Source of the DNA: Candidatus Binatia bacterium
GTDB taxonomy: Bacteria; Desulfobacterota; Binatia; Bin18
Reading direction: 5' to 3'
Length of the DNA: 64,000 nucleotides
Assembly (NCBI GenBank): GCA_963664395.2
Contig: OY761159.2
Span: 2,272,001-2,336,000 of the forward strand
This document shows positions 48,366-58,598 of this stretch, piece after piece. The first letter of the stretch is position 1. Each line of letters opens with the position of its first letter. The position numbers and the translations under genes are program-made. The notes under the pieces are model-generated. The model searched no databases, was not told the DNA's origin, and saw only the letters and a program-made list of their open reading frames with translations.

Positions 48366-49438
48366 ATTGAGCGCACGCATTGAGAATCTTGGGAGGCATC
48401 TTTGACGTCCCAGGTAAAGAAGCACGCGCAGCCGAGCTGGAAGAACAAACGCTCGTCAACGAATTTTGGCAAGACCAGGAGAAGGCGCAAGCCATTCTCA
48501 AAGAGCGGGCAACCTTACTTGACGCTGTGACGGAGTGGAAAAAGCAGGAGCTGGCCGCGGCTGACGCGCTGATCTTTTTGGAACTGGCCGAAGCCGGAGA
48601 CGCGGAGGCGACTGAAGAAGTGGAGCGGGCGGTCCCCGAGCTTGAGGCCACTGTGAGCCGGACAGAGCTACGGCGTATGCTGGGCGGGGAACACGATGCG
48701 CAGAGCGCGATAGTCAATCTCCATCCTGGTGCTGGTGGTCTCGAAGCCCAAGACTGGGCCGATATGCTCCTCCGACTGTATCTGCGCTGGGCAGAACGCC
48801 GAGGCTATAGCGTAGAGATGGCCGAACACCTGCCGGGTGAAGGCGGTGGAGTAAAAAGTGCAACCTTCACCGTTGAGGGTGCCCATGCCTATGGCTATCT
48901 GCGGGCAGAGGCTGGCATTCATCGGCTCGTTCGGATCTCGCCGTTTGATGCCAATGCCCGGCGGCATACCTCCTTTGCTTCTCTCTTTGTCTACCCGGAT
49001 ATTGATGAGGTCGTTGAAGTCGATGTCCGCCCTGAAGATTTGCGCGTTGATACCTACCGGGCCAGCGGGGCCGGGGGACAGCACGTCAACAAAACCGACT
49101 CCGCGATTCGTCTGACGCATTTGCCTACCAGAATCGTGGTAGCGTGTCAGAACGAACGTTCCCAACATCGGAATCGGGCTATGGCGATGAAAATTCTCCG
49201 CGCGCGCTTGTATGAGCTGGAGATGGAGAAACAAAAGGAGAAGATGGAGGGCCTGCATAAAAGTAAAAAGGATATTGCCTGGGGGAGTCAGATTCGCTCC
49301 TACGTCCTCCATCCCTACCGGATGGTCAAAGACCATCGCACCGGCGTAGAGGTCGGGAACACAGACGCGGTTCTGGATGGCGATATCGATCGGTTCATTG
49401 AAGCCTATCTGCTCCAACAATCGACTTCAGCGGCCTAA
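48334..49438 (+). CDS. prfB: Peptide chain release factor 2 with programmed +1 frameshift
   Basis: ATG 48334 MLVEIKEKLNELSARIENLGRHL, then CTT TGA C; the +1 frame carries SPF and GGQ. Confidence 0.97.
48391..48406 (+). other. prfB programmed frameshift site
   Basis: GGGAGG-CAT-CTTTGAC: internal SD plus the slippery CUU-UGA-C. Confidence 0.95.
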
Positions 49439-49594
49439 CGCGCTCTAGCGGTTGTCTGCCCGTGGTTGGAGCCTGCTTGTGATTGTTGGGTCTTATCACG
49501 AGGTGCGCTCAATCTCTTGGCAATCATCCGGGAAGCGGGTACACTCCTGCGACGCTTGTCCTTACCTGAGACCAAGGGAAAGCGAGGGAGGACC

Positions 49595-50506
49595 ATGAAC
49601 GCGTTGACTATTGAACGAATTCCAGAACTGAACGACCCCGTGCTGATTGTCGCATTTGCCGGCTGGAACGATGCTGGCAGTGCGGCGACGCATGCCACGC
49701 AATTTCTTATCAAACGACTCCAGGCAAATCGTTTTGCGAATATCGATCCCGAAGAATTTTATAATTTCAGTGAGGTCCGGCCCCACGTACGCCTGCGAGA
49801 TGGGTTCTACCGTGAGATTCGTTGGCCGGCGAATGAGTTCTTTTCGAGTAGCCCAGCTAATCTCAAGCGCAGCATGGTGTTTGGTCTGGGCATTGAGCCA
49901 CATCTACGCTGGAAAGCGTATTCAGCGGCTTTTCTGGATGTTGCACAGCAGTGCGGGGTGCGGCTTGTTATTACCCTTGGCGCACTGCTGGCCGATGTGG
50001 CCTACTCCAAACCGGTGCGTGTGGTCGGATTTAGTAGTGACCCCGATATTGCGACGCAACTACAGCTCACCCCGTCCCGTTATGAGGGACCAACGGGAAT
50101 CGTCGGGGTGCTGAATGATGCCTGCCGCCAAGCTGGATTGACGTCCATCAGTTTCTGGGCCAACGTCCCGCACTATATTTCCGCCGCTCCAAACCCAAAG
50201 GCCGCCCTCGCCCTTATCACTCGCCTCGAATCTTTTCTCCACATTGCCCTCGATACAACCGAGTTGGTCACGGGCGCGGCAGAATTTGATACGCAGGTCA
50301 CAAAGGCGATAGCTGAGAATCCAAACCTGGCCGCTTATGTCAAACGACTAGAAGAGCAGGAGCAGAAAGAAGGGCTGGAAATGGAGACCGCTGCTCGGGA
50401 CGAAGGCGGGAATGGACACGGCAATGGGCATGCCAATGGCAAAGACATGGCCGAAGAACTCCAGCGTTTTTTGCAGCAGCGTAAGGACCGCAAAGATGAC
50501 GATTAA
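49595..50506 (+). CDS. PAC2 (proteasome assembly chaperone-like) family protein
   Basis: AFAGWNDAG, IDPEEFYNF...RP, EPHLRW, YEGPTGIVG, WANVPHY...PNPKA. Confidence 0.88.
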   Translation: MNALTIERIPELNDPVLIVAFAGWNDAGSAATHATQFLIKRLQANRFANIDPEEFYNFSEVRPHVRLRDGFYREIRWPANEFFSSSPANLKRSMVFGLGIEPHLRWKAYSAAFLDVAQQCGVRLVITLGALLADVAYSKPVRVVGFSSDPDIATQLQLTPSRYEGPTGIVGVLNDACRQAGLTSISFWANVPHYISAAPNPKAALALITRLESFLHIALDTTELVTGAAEFDTQVTKAIAENPNLAAYVKRLEEQEQKEGLEMETAARDEGGNGHGNGHANGKDMAEELQRFLQQRKDRKDDD

Positions 50507-51917
50507 GCCCAAGTCCGGCCCGGATAAGCCCGGCCCGGAGAAGTCCGTCTATCTGGTGAATCTGGGCTGTCCCAAAAATCTGGTGGATGGCGAGGTCATG
50601 CTTGGACTGTTGGCGGCCACCGGCTATACGCTGAGCCTCGACCCGGAACAGGCCGAGATCCTGATGGTCAATACGTGCAGCTTTATTAACGAGGCAAAGG
50701 AGGAGTCGATTGAGACGATCTTGGACCTCGCCGCCTATAAAGCGCAGGACACCGAGAAACAGCTCATTGTGACTGGTTGTTTAGCCCAGCGGTATGGCCA
50801 AGAGCTGCGAGAAGTATTGCCCGAAGTTGACGTTTTTGTGGGAACGGGAGAGTTTCTTCGGATCACCGAGATCTTAGAACAGAAGCGTCGCCGGCTTGAT
50901 GGTCCCACCACATATATAGGGGCTTCCCATGTACTGCCGGATCATACCGTCCCGCGTATTCCAACAACATGCTTTTACTCCGCCTATCTCAAGGTCGCTG
51001 AGGGATGCAATCACAAATGCGCCTTTTGTATCATTCCGAAAATTCGCGGCTTACAGGAAAGTCGGCCTATCGCTTCTCTGGTGGCTGAAGCCAAAGGGCT
51101 GGTTGCGCAAGGAGTGAGAGAAATCAATCTCATTGCGCAGGATTTGACCGCGTACGGACGAGAGCGGCGTGACGGGACGACCCTGTTGGCCCTCCTGAAA
51201 GCCTTGCGTGGGGTGGAGGGTCTGGACTGGATGCGCTTGCTGTACTGCTATCCGAATTACCTCGACGACCACTTGTTGGGCTTTATGGCCGAAGAGGATA
51301 CGGTCTGTTCCTATATTGATATGCCACTCCAGCACATCAGCGACCGGATGTTGAGGCGGATGAAGCGTGAGAAAAGTGGAGACGGCCTTCGACGTTTGCT
51401 GGACCGCATTCGGACCGCTATTCCCGGCGTGGTCTTACGCTCGTCTTTTATTGTTGGCTTCCCTGGTGAGCAAGAGGACGATTTTCAACAACTCTGTGCT
51501 TTCGTGACTGAAGCGGCGCTCGATCACGTGGGCGTGTTTCGCTATTCCCAGGAAGAAGGCACAACCGCGGGCACAATGACCGACCAGGTCAGCGAAGAGA
51601 TCAAAGAAGACCGCTGGCACAGGTTGATGGCCTGCCAGGCCGAGGTCGTGCATAAAAAAAATAGTACGCTGGTGGGGGCGGAGCGCCCAGTATTAGTCTG
51701 TGGCCAGGACGATCACGGCCGCTGGTGGGGGCGGACCCAAGGCCAGGCCCCGGATATCGATGGAATCGTCTTCCTGGAACACTGTCAGACTGACATAGGC
51801 GCCATTGTGCCAGCCCGGATTACCGGTGTATCCGGGTACGATATGCGGGCTGTGTGTCTCCCTGAACGGCCGATTCAACATCTATCAGCTATTGACTTGG
51901 GAGACGTTTCTTCCTAG
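50496..51917 (+). CDS. rimO: Ribosomal protein S12 methylthiotransferase
   Basis: LGCPKNLVD, NTCSFI, GCLAQRY, radical-SAM CNHKCAFC, APDIDG. Confidence 0.95.
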   Translation: MTIKPKSGPDKPGPEKSVYLVNLGCPKNLVDGEVMLGLLAATGYTLSLDPEQAEILMVNTCSFINEAKEESIETILDLAAYKAQDTEKQLIVTGCLAQRYGQELREVLPEVDVFVGTGEFLRITEILEQKRRRLDGPTTYIGASHVLPDHTVPRIPTTCFYSAYLKVAEGCNHKCAFCIIPKIRGLQESRPIASLVAEAKGLVAQGVREINLIAQDLTAYGRERRDGTTLLALLKALRGVEGLDWMRLLYCYPNYLDDHLLGFMAEEDTVCSYIDMPLQHISDRMLRRMKREKSGDGLRRLLDRIRTAIPGVVLRSSFIVGFPGEQEDDFQQLCAFVTEAALDHVGVFRYSQEEGTTAGTMTDQVSEEIKEDRWHRLMACQAEVVHKKNSTLVGAERPVLVCGQDDHGRWWGRTQGQAPDIDGIVFLEHCQTDIGAIVPARITGVSGYDMRAVCLPERPIQHLSAIDLGDVSS

Positions 51918-51963
51918 AATACTCCTCTTTTTTTATCCCGACCGTGGTGAGGGGGAAGGTATT

Positions 51964-52383
51964 ATGAGAAAAACGTTCCTCAAAAAAATGTGGACGACGC
52001 TGGCTGGCCAGAAACAACAAATCCTGCGGCAGCTTGGCGAAGAAATCCGAGAAGGAAAAGAGAGCGCGCTGGCCGAAGGGATGGATACCTACGACCTCGC
52101 CAGCGAGGAGCGCGACCGGGAGATCCATTTGCTCCTGAGTGACCGCGACCGGGGTAAACTGCAAGCCGTAGAAAATGCACTTGATCGGATCGAAGAGGGT
52201 GAATACGGAATTTGCGAAGATTGCGAAGAAGAGATTGCCCAAGCGCGGCTCGAAGCATTGCCGTTCACCAGGCTCTGTGTTGCCTGCCAAGAGGGACGCG
52301 AAAAGGAAGCTCGCTTTCAGCGCCGTATTGATGACGAGGGTGGACCCGGTCGGTCAAATCTCGTCGATCTTGACGACGGGTAA
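51964..52383 (+). CDS. DksA/TraR C4 zinc-finger protein
   Basis: DTYDLA (DxxDxA), YGICEDC...RLEALP...CVAC. Confidence 0.9.
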   Translation: MRKTFLKKMWTTLAGQKQQILRQLGEEIREGKESALAEGMDTYDLASEERDREIHLLLSDRDRGKLQAVENALDRIEEGEYGICEDCEEEIAQARLEALPFTRLCVACQEGREKEARFQRRIDDEGGPGRSNLVDLDDG

Positions 52384-52460
52384 GATCATCTCCCCCCCTT
52401 TCCTCGGTTCATTCCGGTTGGCCGCTCAAGGCGCTCTATCTGTCGGACCCCTGGGGTGAG

Positions 52461-53906
52461 ATGCGACCCGACGACCGACATGCTCTTCTCACTGCGCTCT
52501 TTCAGACAGCCATTGATGCGGTCCATCCGCTCCATTTGATCCCGCAGACTGTTGCGATTGAAAATGAGCAGCTGATCGTCCAGCCACGGGACGAGTCCGC
52601 CCGCGCATGTACGCTTGCGCTGAATGGCCGTATCTTCCTGATTGGAGCAGGCAAGGGGGCCGGGAGCATGGCCCAGGCTCTGATGTGTGTGCTCGGTAAG
52701 AGGGGAGTGGGCGGATGCGTCATTATTCCGAGCGAACAATCTGTATCTGCTGTATCTGCTGTATCTGCTGTATCTGCTGTATCTGCTGTATCTGCCAGAC
52801 CTGCCCTGTCTCTGCCTGGAGTGAGGGTGGCGCGAGGGGAACATCCATTGCCCGGACCGGGGAGTCTGGCCGGCGCCCACATGCTGCTGGCCAGTCTCTC
52901 TCAACTCCGGCCCCACGATATCGTGCTCTTCTGCCTGACCGGAGGAGCCTCCAGTCTCATGGTCAGCCCCGCGGTCGGGCTGACACTTGCCGACAAGACA
53001 GCCACCAATGCCGTTTTATTGGAATGCGGGGCAGACATCCTCGCACTGAACACTGTGCGCAAGCATATATCCCAGGTGAAAGGTGGCTGGCTCGCGCACC
53101 ACGCTCAGCCGGCGACTGTGGTCAGTCTGATTCTCTCGGACGTGATTGGTGACGATGTGAGTGTGATCGGCTCGGGCCCTACCGTGCCTGATCCGACGAC
53201 GTTTAGGGATGCATGGCGGGTTGTGGAGCAGTACGACATCGAAACGCAGCTCCCCCAGTCCGTGTGTACCCATCTGCGGCAAGGAGCCTGTGGGGCCATA
53301 CCCGAGACGCCAAAACCTGGAGACCCGCTATTTTCTCGCGTCCACAACATTCTGATTGGATCGAATCATCTGGCGTTACAGGCTATACAAGAGGCTGCTG
53401 CGCACCGAGGGTTCCGCTCTCAGTTGATTTCCGAGCCCCTGGCTGGTGACACAACTGTGGCAGGACGTGCATTTGCACACACTCTGCGCGCAGTTCGTCA
53501 ACACTGCTCTGGTCTGACGTGTATCCTGGCGGGTGGCGAGACAACGGTACAGGTAAGAGGAAATGGGAGAGGGGGGCGCAATCAGGAGTTTGCCCTGACT
53601 GTTGCCCAAGAACTTGCAGGAGAAGCCGGGTGGAGCCTGCTGAGTGCGGGAACAGACGGAATAGATGGTCCGACGGATGCCGCCGGAGCCTTTGTGAACG
53701 GACAGACGCTCGATCGAGCCCGTCGAAAAAATCTCAATGCAGCTCAGTTTTTACACAATAATGACACCTATACCTTCTTTTCTGCTCTTGGTGACTTGTT
53801 TAGCCCAGGGGCGACGGGAACAAACGTGATGGACCTTAAAATTGCGCTGGTATATCCTCCCGGCGCCGAAGAACGCTACCGCAAAAAAGAAAAGGGTAGG
53901 GAATAG
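52461..53906 (+). CDS. Glycerate 2-kinase (DUF4147 + MOFRL)
   Basis: GAGKGA, GGASSL, VRKHISQVKGG, SDVIGD, GGETTV, GGRNQE, TDGIDG, TNVMD. Confidence 0.92.
   Translation: MRPDDRHALLTALFQTAIDAVHPLHLIPQTVAIENEQLIVQPRDESARACTLALNGRIFLIGAGKGAGSMAQALMCVLGKRGVGGCVIIPSEQSVSAVSAVSAVSAVSAVSARPALSLPGVRVARGEHPLPGPGSLAGAHMLLASLSQLRPHDIVLFCLTGGASSLMVSPAVGLTLADKTATNAVLLECGADILALNTVRKHISQVKGGWLAHHAQPATVVSLILSDVIGDDVSVIGSGPTVPDPTTFRDAWRVVEQYDIETQLPQSVCTHLRQGACGAIPETPKPGDPLFSRVHNILIGSNHLALQAIQEAAAHRGFRSQLISEPLAGDTTVAGRAFAHTLRAVRQHCSGLTCILAGGETTVQVRGNGRGGRNQEFALTVAQELAGEAGWSLLSAGTDGIDGPTDAAGAFVNGQTLDRARRKNLNAAQFLHNNDTYTFFSALGDLFSPGATGTNVMDLKIALVYPPGAEERYRKKEKGRE
52741..52794. repeat. In-frame tandem repeat, 6 x 9 bp (ctgtatctg)
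   Basis: Encodes (VSA)6 in the glycerate kinase. Confidence 0.95.
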
Positions 53907-53909
53907 GTC

Positions 53910-54260
53910 ATGCCTCGCAGCCTGTTGTTACGCGGAGTGGCGGCTTTTAACGCGGGCCGTTTCTTCGAAGCGCATGAAATATGGGAAGCCGTCTGGAATG
54001 ATACGGTCGGCGAAGAGAAACGTTTTGTACAGGGGCTCGTACAGTTGGCTACCGGTTATCTCAAGCTTTCCAGTGGCCTGTATCCAGGCGCTCTCAAGCT
54101 ACTCACGCGCGGCTGCCAGACTCTCAGGACATGTCCGCCAATATATGCCGGCCTCCAGATTGGCGTTTTGTCTGACGCCAGCAACACCGTTGCCCACCAA
54201 TTGGAACAGGGGAGGACCGCTCCAAACATTCAGCCTCCGCAAATCCAAACTGCACCATAA
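53910..54260 (+). CDS. DUF309 family protein
   Basis: FNAGRFFEAHEIWEAVW...QGLVQLA. Confidence 0.88.
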   Translation: MPRSLLLRGVAAFNAGRFFEAHEIWEAVWNDTVGEEKRFVQGLVQLATGYLKLSSGLYPGALKLLTRGCQTLRTCPPIYAGLQIGVLSDASNTVAHQLEQGRTAPNIQPPQIQTAP

Positions 54261-54329
54261 GAAGACCTGCCTGTGGCATCTTTCGACCCTTTGTTCTCGT
54301 ATTCTGAATGGACATTCAGTCACTTTTTC

Positions 54330-54360
54330 TTGACAAAACCCAGTTGTCAATAGTATGACT
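54330..54360 (+). promoter_or_regulatory. Putative sigma70 promoter with a palindrome over the -35
   Basis: TTGACAA-N7-TTGTCAA followed by TAGTATGACT. Confidence 0.4.
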
Positions 54361-54404
54361 GGACGCATGGACAGCAGGAGGGGGAGTGGAAGGGGCCGAG
54401 CTGT

Positions 54405-55460
54405 ATGTCCGAAGAAATCACCATGGCTGTCTACACTGTCCTTGACCGCAAAACAGTCAACCGTCTCGTTAAAGACTATGGATTTGGGCGTTTGTCAACC
54501 ATTCAGGGAATCTCTGCCGGATCGGTGAACACCCACTATTATCTTGAGTCCGCTAAGGGAAAATTCGTTCTGCGGATTGATGAGGTCAAGAACACAACCG
54601 ACGCGCAACGCGAAATCGACTTCCTGTTGTTTCTACGGAAACATGGCTTTCCATGCCCACGACCGGTTGCCGATAAAAACAGGTTCTATCTACAGCGCTA
54701 CGAGAATAAGGCGGTCTCAATCTATCGTCATCTGTCTGGCAAAGGCTTCTCTACGGCAGCTCTCACAAATGATCATATAGAAAAGATCGGACAGACTCTG
54801 GCCCGGCTCCATATCACTGGCCAGGATTATGATACGCCGATTGGAAACCGGTTTGGTTTCGATCACGTCCGCAGCATCCATCAAAACTTACGCGGACGTA
54901 TTGCTGGCCATCTGAAGCACATAGGGCATGTACTGGATGATGAAATCGCGCATCAGGAAGAATATCGAGCGGAAAAGCTGCCAAAAGGCATGATCCACGG
55001 CGACCTCTTTCCTGACAATGTCCTGTTTCGTGGTGGGAAAGTCGTTGGCATCCTCGACTTTGAAGCCGCCTGTTCGGGTAAATTCATCTCTGACCTGGCA
55101 ACTGCCGTGAACGCCATGTGCTATCACGAAGAACGCTACCACATCGACCGTTTCAATGCCCTGCTTGGTGGTTATCAGTCCGAACGCACGCTTTCGCTCT
55201 CCGAGTGGGATTCCTTTCCGAATGAACTTCGTTTTTCCGCTTTCCGGTTTACCCTTACCCGACTGCGCGATTTTTTCTTTCGCCGCATGGATGAAAGACG
55301 GCGGGTGAACAAAGATTATCGTGAATTCTTTGAACGTCTCAGAATTCTCCGCCGAGAACGGAGCGGGGGTATGGACCGGATGCTGCTCACTATGGCAACG
55401 GGATATGATTACCGAAAGTACCAAAAGGTCCATGCTGAGGAAAAAGGCGTCAACGCCTGA
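54405..55460 (+). CDS. thrB: Homoserine kinase type II (APH family)
   Basis: MAVYT, GISAGSVNTHY, IHGDLFPDNVLF, LDFE, K(D)Y.EF. Confidence 0.85.
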   Translation: MSEEITMAVYTVLDRKTVNRLVKDYGFGRLSTIQGISAGSVNTHYYLESAKGKFVLRIDEVKNTTDAQREIDFLLFLRKHGFPCPRPVADKNRFYLQRYENKAVSIYRHLSGKGFSTAALTNDHIEKIGQTLARLHITGQDYDTPIGNRFGFDHVRSIHQNLRGRIAGHLKHIGHVLDDEIAHQEEYRAEKLPKGMIHGDLFPDNVLFRGGKVVGILDFEAACSGKFISDLATAVNAMCYHEERYHIDRFNALLGGYQSERTLSLSEWDSFPNELRFSAFRFTLTRLRDFFFRRMDERRRVNKDYREFFERLRILRRERSGGMDRMLLTMATGYDYRKYQKVHAEEKGVNA

Positions 55461-55530
55461 TTGCAGGCCGCTTGAAGGAAACAGTAGACACCGCGTGCTA
55501 TGACAGCAGTGAAGGGAAATACATACCGCT

Positions 55531-57021
55531 GTGTTCTCAAAGATACTCATTGCAAACAGAGGTGAGATTGCCACCCGTATTGCCCGGACATGTCGCGACA
55601 TGGGTATTGCCACAGTGGCCGTGTACTCAGAGGCCGACCGTTCTTCACCGCATCTGTATGCGGCGGACGAAGCCGTGTGCGTGGGGCCGGCTCAGGCAAG
55701 CGAGAGCTATCTTCACATCGAGGCTATCCTGGCTGCGGCACGCCGGACCGGAGCCGACGCCATCCATCCCGGATATGGCTTTTTATCAGAGAACGCGACA
55801 TTTGCGCGGGCCGTGGATGATGCCGGCCTGACCTTTATCGGTCCTGCTCCAGAGGCCCTGTCTGCGGTCGGGAACAAGATATTTGCTCGCCGGACAGCAG
55901 CTCGGCTGGGCGTTCCGGTTATTCCTGCGCTTGAAAACCCCGCAACTGACCCCGTGGTTCTGCACGAGCAAGTCAAAGCCCTGGGCTATCCTGTGTTGAT
56001 TAAAGCCGCGACGGGTGGTGGCGGAAAAGGCATGCGGATTGTGCATGAGAAAGCTGGACTTGTCGATGCGGTGGCCGCGGCGCAACGCGAAGCCGAAGCG
56101 GCCTTTGCCGAAGGTACAGTCTATGTAGAGCGTTTTCTCGAACGTCCACGCCATGTTGAAGTTCAGATTCTCGGTGATACGGCTGGACACCTTGTCCATC
56201 TTGGTGAGCGGGAGTGTTCCATTCAGCGGCGCTATCAGAAAATAGTCGAAGAGACCCCCTCGCCGGCCGTGTCTGAGTCCATGCGGCAGGAGATGACGAG
56301 TGCGGCGCTCACCGTGGCAAGGGCTGCCGGCTATTACAACGCCGGAACCGTAGAATTCATTCTCGACAACGATGGAAAATTCTATTTTCTCGAAGTGAAC
56401 GCCCGCCTCCAGGTGGAGCATCCGATCACCGAATGGATCACCGGCCTGGATCTGGTGCGGGAACAAATTCGGCTTGCCGCTGGGGAAGCGCTCGGTTTTT
56501 GTCAGGACGAGGTGCAGCGCACCGGCCATGCCATAGAGTGCCGTTTGTATGCGGAAGACGCCGCTCGCGGTTTCCTGCCGTCGCCCGGCCACGTGTTGGC
56601 CTGGCACGCGCCCCAGGGACCTGGGGTCCGAGTCGATTCCGGGGTCGAGTCGCAGACCGAGGTGCCGATATACTACGATCCCATGATCGCGAAGATTTCG
56701 ACCTGGGGAGCGAGTCGTGAACAAGCCCATAGACGCATGGCTGGAGCCCTCCGTCGCACTGCAATTTTGGGACTCACGACCAATTTGCCCTTTTTGATTG
56801 AACTCCTGGACCATCCTGCTCTTGCCGCTGGCGATACCCATACAGGCTTTCTGTCCGAGCATTTTCCGAATTGGCAGCCTGGTGAGAAACCGCATACGCT
56901 TGCTGCTGCTTTGGCGGCCAGCCTGCACCGCAGTCCACATCGCAGTGATGGTGGACAGATCTCTTTGCCGTCGCAGGCCACGCCATGGCTACAGCTTGGC
57001 GGCTGGCGGCTGGGCTCCTGA
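55531..57021 (+). CDS. Biotin carboxylase subunit of an acyl-CoA carboxylase
   Basis: KILIANRGEIA, HPGYGFLSEN, GGGGKGMR, RECSIQRR, EVNARLQVEHP, YYDPMIAK. Confidence 0.95.
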   Translation: MFSKILIANRGEIATRIARTCRDMGIATVAVYSEADRSSPHLYAADEAVCVGPAQASESYLHIEAILAAARRTGADAIHPGYGFLSENATFARAVDDAGLTFIGPAPEALSAVGNKIFARRTAARLGVPVIPALENPATDPVVLHEQVKALGYPVLIKAATGGGGKGMRIVHEKAGLVDAVAAAQREAEAAFAEGTVYVERFLERPRHVEVQILGDTAGHLVHLGERECSIQRRYQKIVEETPSPAVSESMRQEMTSAALTVARAAGYYNAGTVEFILDNDGKFYFLEVNARLQVEHPITEWITGLDLVREQIRLAAGEALGFCQDEVQRTGHAIECRLYAEDAARGFLPSPGHVLAWHAPQGPGVRVDSGVESQTEVPIYYDPMIAKISTWGASREQAHRRMAGALRRTAILGLTTNLPFLIELLDHPALAAGDTHTGFLSEHFPNWQPGEKPHTLAAALAASLHRSPHRSDGGQISLPSQATPWLQLGGWRLGS

Positions 57022-57054
57022 TCCCCGAATCATTTTGTGGTGACCCTCAACCGT

Positions 57055-57573
57055 ATGAAAACCTTACTGTATGCCGCGGGTGAAGAACTGACGCTGGAAT
57101 ACGACCAACACGGCGGTCGTGACGACCTCTACGACGTTGTCTGGAACGGACAGACTCAGCCGGCCCACGTTGTCGCCATCCGAGATGATGCGATTACCTT
57201 CCTCGTCAATGGTCATCCTCTTCATGCGTATGTGGTACGGGATGGTGACCGGAGCCTCATTTCTATTGAGGGACGGACCTACGAATTCAATCACACCCCC
57301 CCCAAGCACGAGCGTGCCCGCCAGCGGGGTACGCGTGGGAACTTTGAGCCTGAGATCCGCTCTCCCATGCCAGGCAAGATTCTCGCTGTCAAAGTCGTCG
57401 AAGGCGAGACCGTAGAAGACGGCCAAACCCTTATTCTGCTTGAAGCTATGAAAATGGAAAATGCGCTGACTGCCGAAGGGCAGGCCCGCGTGGCTAGAAT
57501 TCATGTGGCTGCCGGAGACGTGGTCGAGCTCGACTACGTCCTGGTCGAGCTTGAGCCAATTGAGGCAGAGTAA
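57055..57573 (+). CDS. Biotin carboxyl carrier protein
   Basis: SPMPG, EAMKMEN. Confidence 0.92.
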   Translation: MKTLLYAAGEELTLEYDQHGGRDDLYDVVWNGQTQPAHVVAIRDDAITFLVNGHPLHAYVVRDGDRSLISIEGRTYEFNHTPPKHERARQRGTRGNFEPEIRSPMPGKILAVKVVEGETVEDGQTLILLEAMKMENALTAEGQARVARIHVAAGDVVELDYVLVELEPIEAE

Positions 57574-57589
57574 AAGAAGACACATAAGA

Positions 57590-57615
57590 GGACAGCCACT
57601 CAGGGCTGCCTCTAC
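57590..57615 (-). repeat. GTAG-family REP, single copy
   Basis: Reverse complement GTAGAGGCAGCCCTGAGTGGCTGTCC matches the unit at 19574-19599 at 21 of 26 positions. Confidence 0.7.
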
Positions 57616-57636
57616 AATGCGCTATGAGCCGGCTAC

Positions 57637-58551
57637 TCAGCCGAGCCGGGAACCCACCTGAATCCCACTTTGACCGGCGAGTTCATCGGCTGCTATTTTG
57701 CCGCTCTCGCCGCGTATCTTTTTGGCCACCACAGTGCCACCGTTCAGGGCAATACTGACAGTCCCACTCCCAATAGCGACCACTTGTCCCGGCGTTGCTG
57801 ATCCGCCAGTCTGCTGCAGGCTACAATCATACAAGCGAATTTTTTGCCCTTGCCATGTTGTCGATGCGCCGGGCTGGGGGTCGCAACCGCGCATATGATC
57901 AAAGACTGCTTGCGCCGGCTGAGACCAGTCAATGCCGGAGTGCTCATCCCGACAGAGCGGATCGTAATTGGCTTGGGATTCATCTTGGACAATGCGAGGC
58001 GGATTGCCGGCTTGAATCAGATCAATCGCTTCACCAGCGGCCTCGATACCGAGTGGGAAGAGTTTGTTGAAGTACAGTGTTCCAGTAGTATCTTCCGGGC
58101 CAATTTCGACTTCTTTTTGGATCAGCAGAGGGCCGGTATCAATGCCTTCGTCTACCCAGAACCAGGAGATGCCGGTCTTTTTCTCACCATTGATCAGTGT
58201 CCAGTTAATAGCGCTCCCACCGCGATATTTGGGTAAGAGCGAAGGGTGAAAACAAATACTGCCGAGTGTGGGCGCCTTGAACACTGGGGGCGGGACAATT
58301 TGGGTCACAAATGCCAATACCGCAAGGTCAACGTTGAGTTCTTGAAATTTCTCCAAGACCTCAGTGCCCTTCATTGAGCGGTGTTGATAAACGGGAATGT
58401 CGAGTTCCACTGCTCGCTTTTTGACAGGATCAAACTTTCCTTCGACTCTATCCGGCGGACAGAACACCGCTAGGACCTCCTCGCCTCTGTCGCGGAGCTT
58501 ATCGAGCGTTTTTTCCGCAAACGCGGCTTGGCCAATGAGAATAATACGCAT
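57637..58551 (-). CDS. Formyltransferase family protein (Fmt fold), resembling the hydrolase domain of 10-formyl-THF dehydrogenase
   Basis: IGQAAF, FHPSLLPKYRGGSAINW, DEGIDTG, LYFNKLFPLG. Confidence 0.85.
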   Translation of the reverse strand: MRIILIGQAAFAEKTLDKLRDRGEEVLAVFCPPDRVEGKFDPVKKRAVELDIPVYQHRSMKGTEVLEKFQELNVDLAVLAFVTQIVPPPVFKAPTLGSICFHPSLLPKYRGGSAINWTLINGEKKTGISWFWVDEGIDTGPLLIQKEVEIGPEDTTGTLYFNKLFPLGIEAAGEAIDLIQAGNPPRIVQDESQANYDPLCRDEHSGIDWSQPAQAVFDHMRGCDPQPGASTTWQGQKIRLYDCSLQQTGGSATPGQVVAIGSGTVSIALNGGTVVAKKIRGESGKIAADELAGQSGIQVGSRLG

Positions 58552-58598
58552 GTGTGTTCTCCCTTCCTGTCGTATGGGTGTCTGTTCGCTGGGTGTTT

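Noticed and set aside
48391-48406. prfB frameshift as a novelty or sequencing error
   Set aside because: It is the well-known autoregulatory +1 frameshift; listed as a feature only
9836-52794. Short repeat arrays as CRISPR or DGR elements
   Set aside because: Units are 9-12 bp, contiguous and spacer-less; no cas or reverse transcriptase genes seen
57637-58551. Gene symbol fmt
   Set aside because: Motifs fit the formyl-THF hydrolase-like branch better and def is absent, so it is left unnamed
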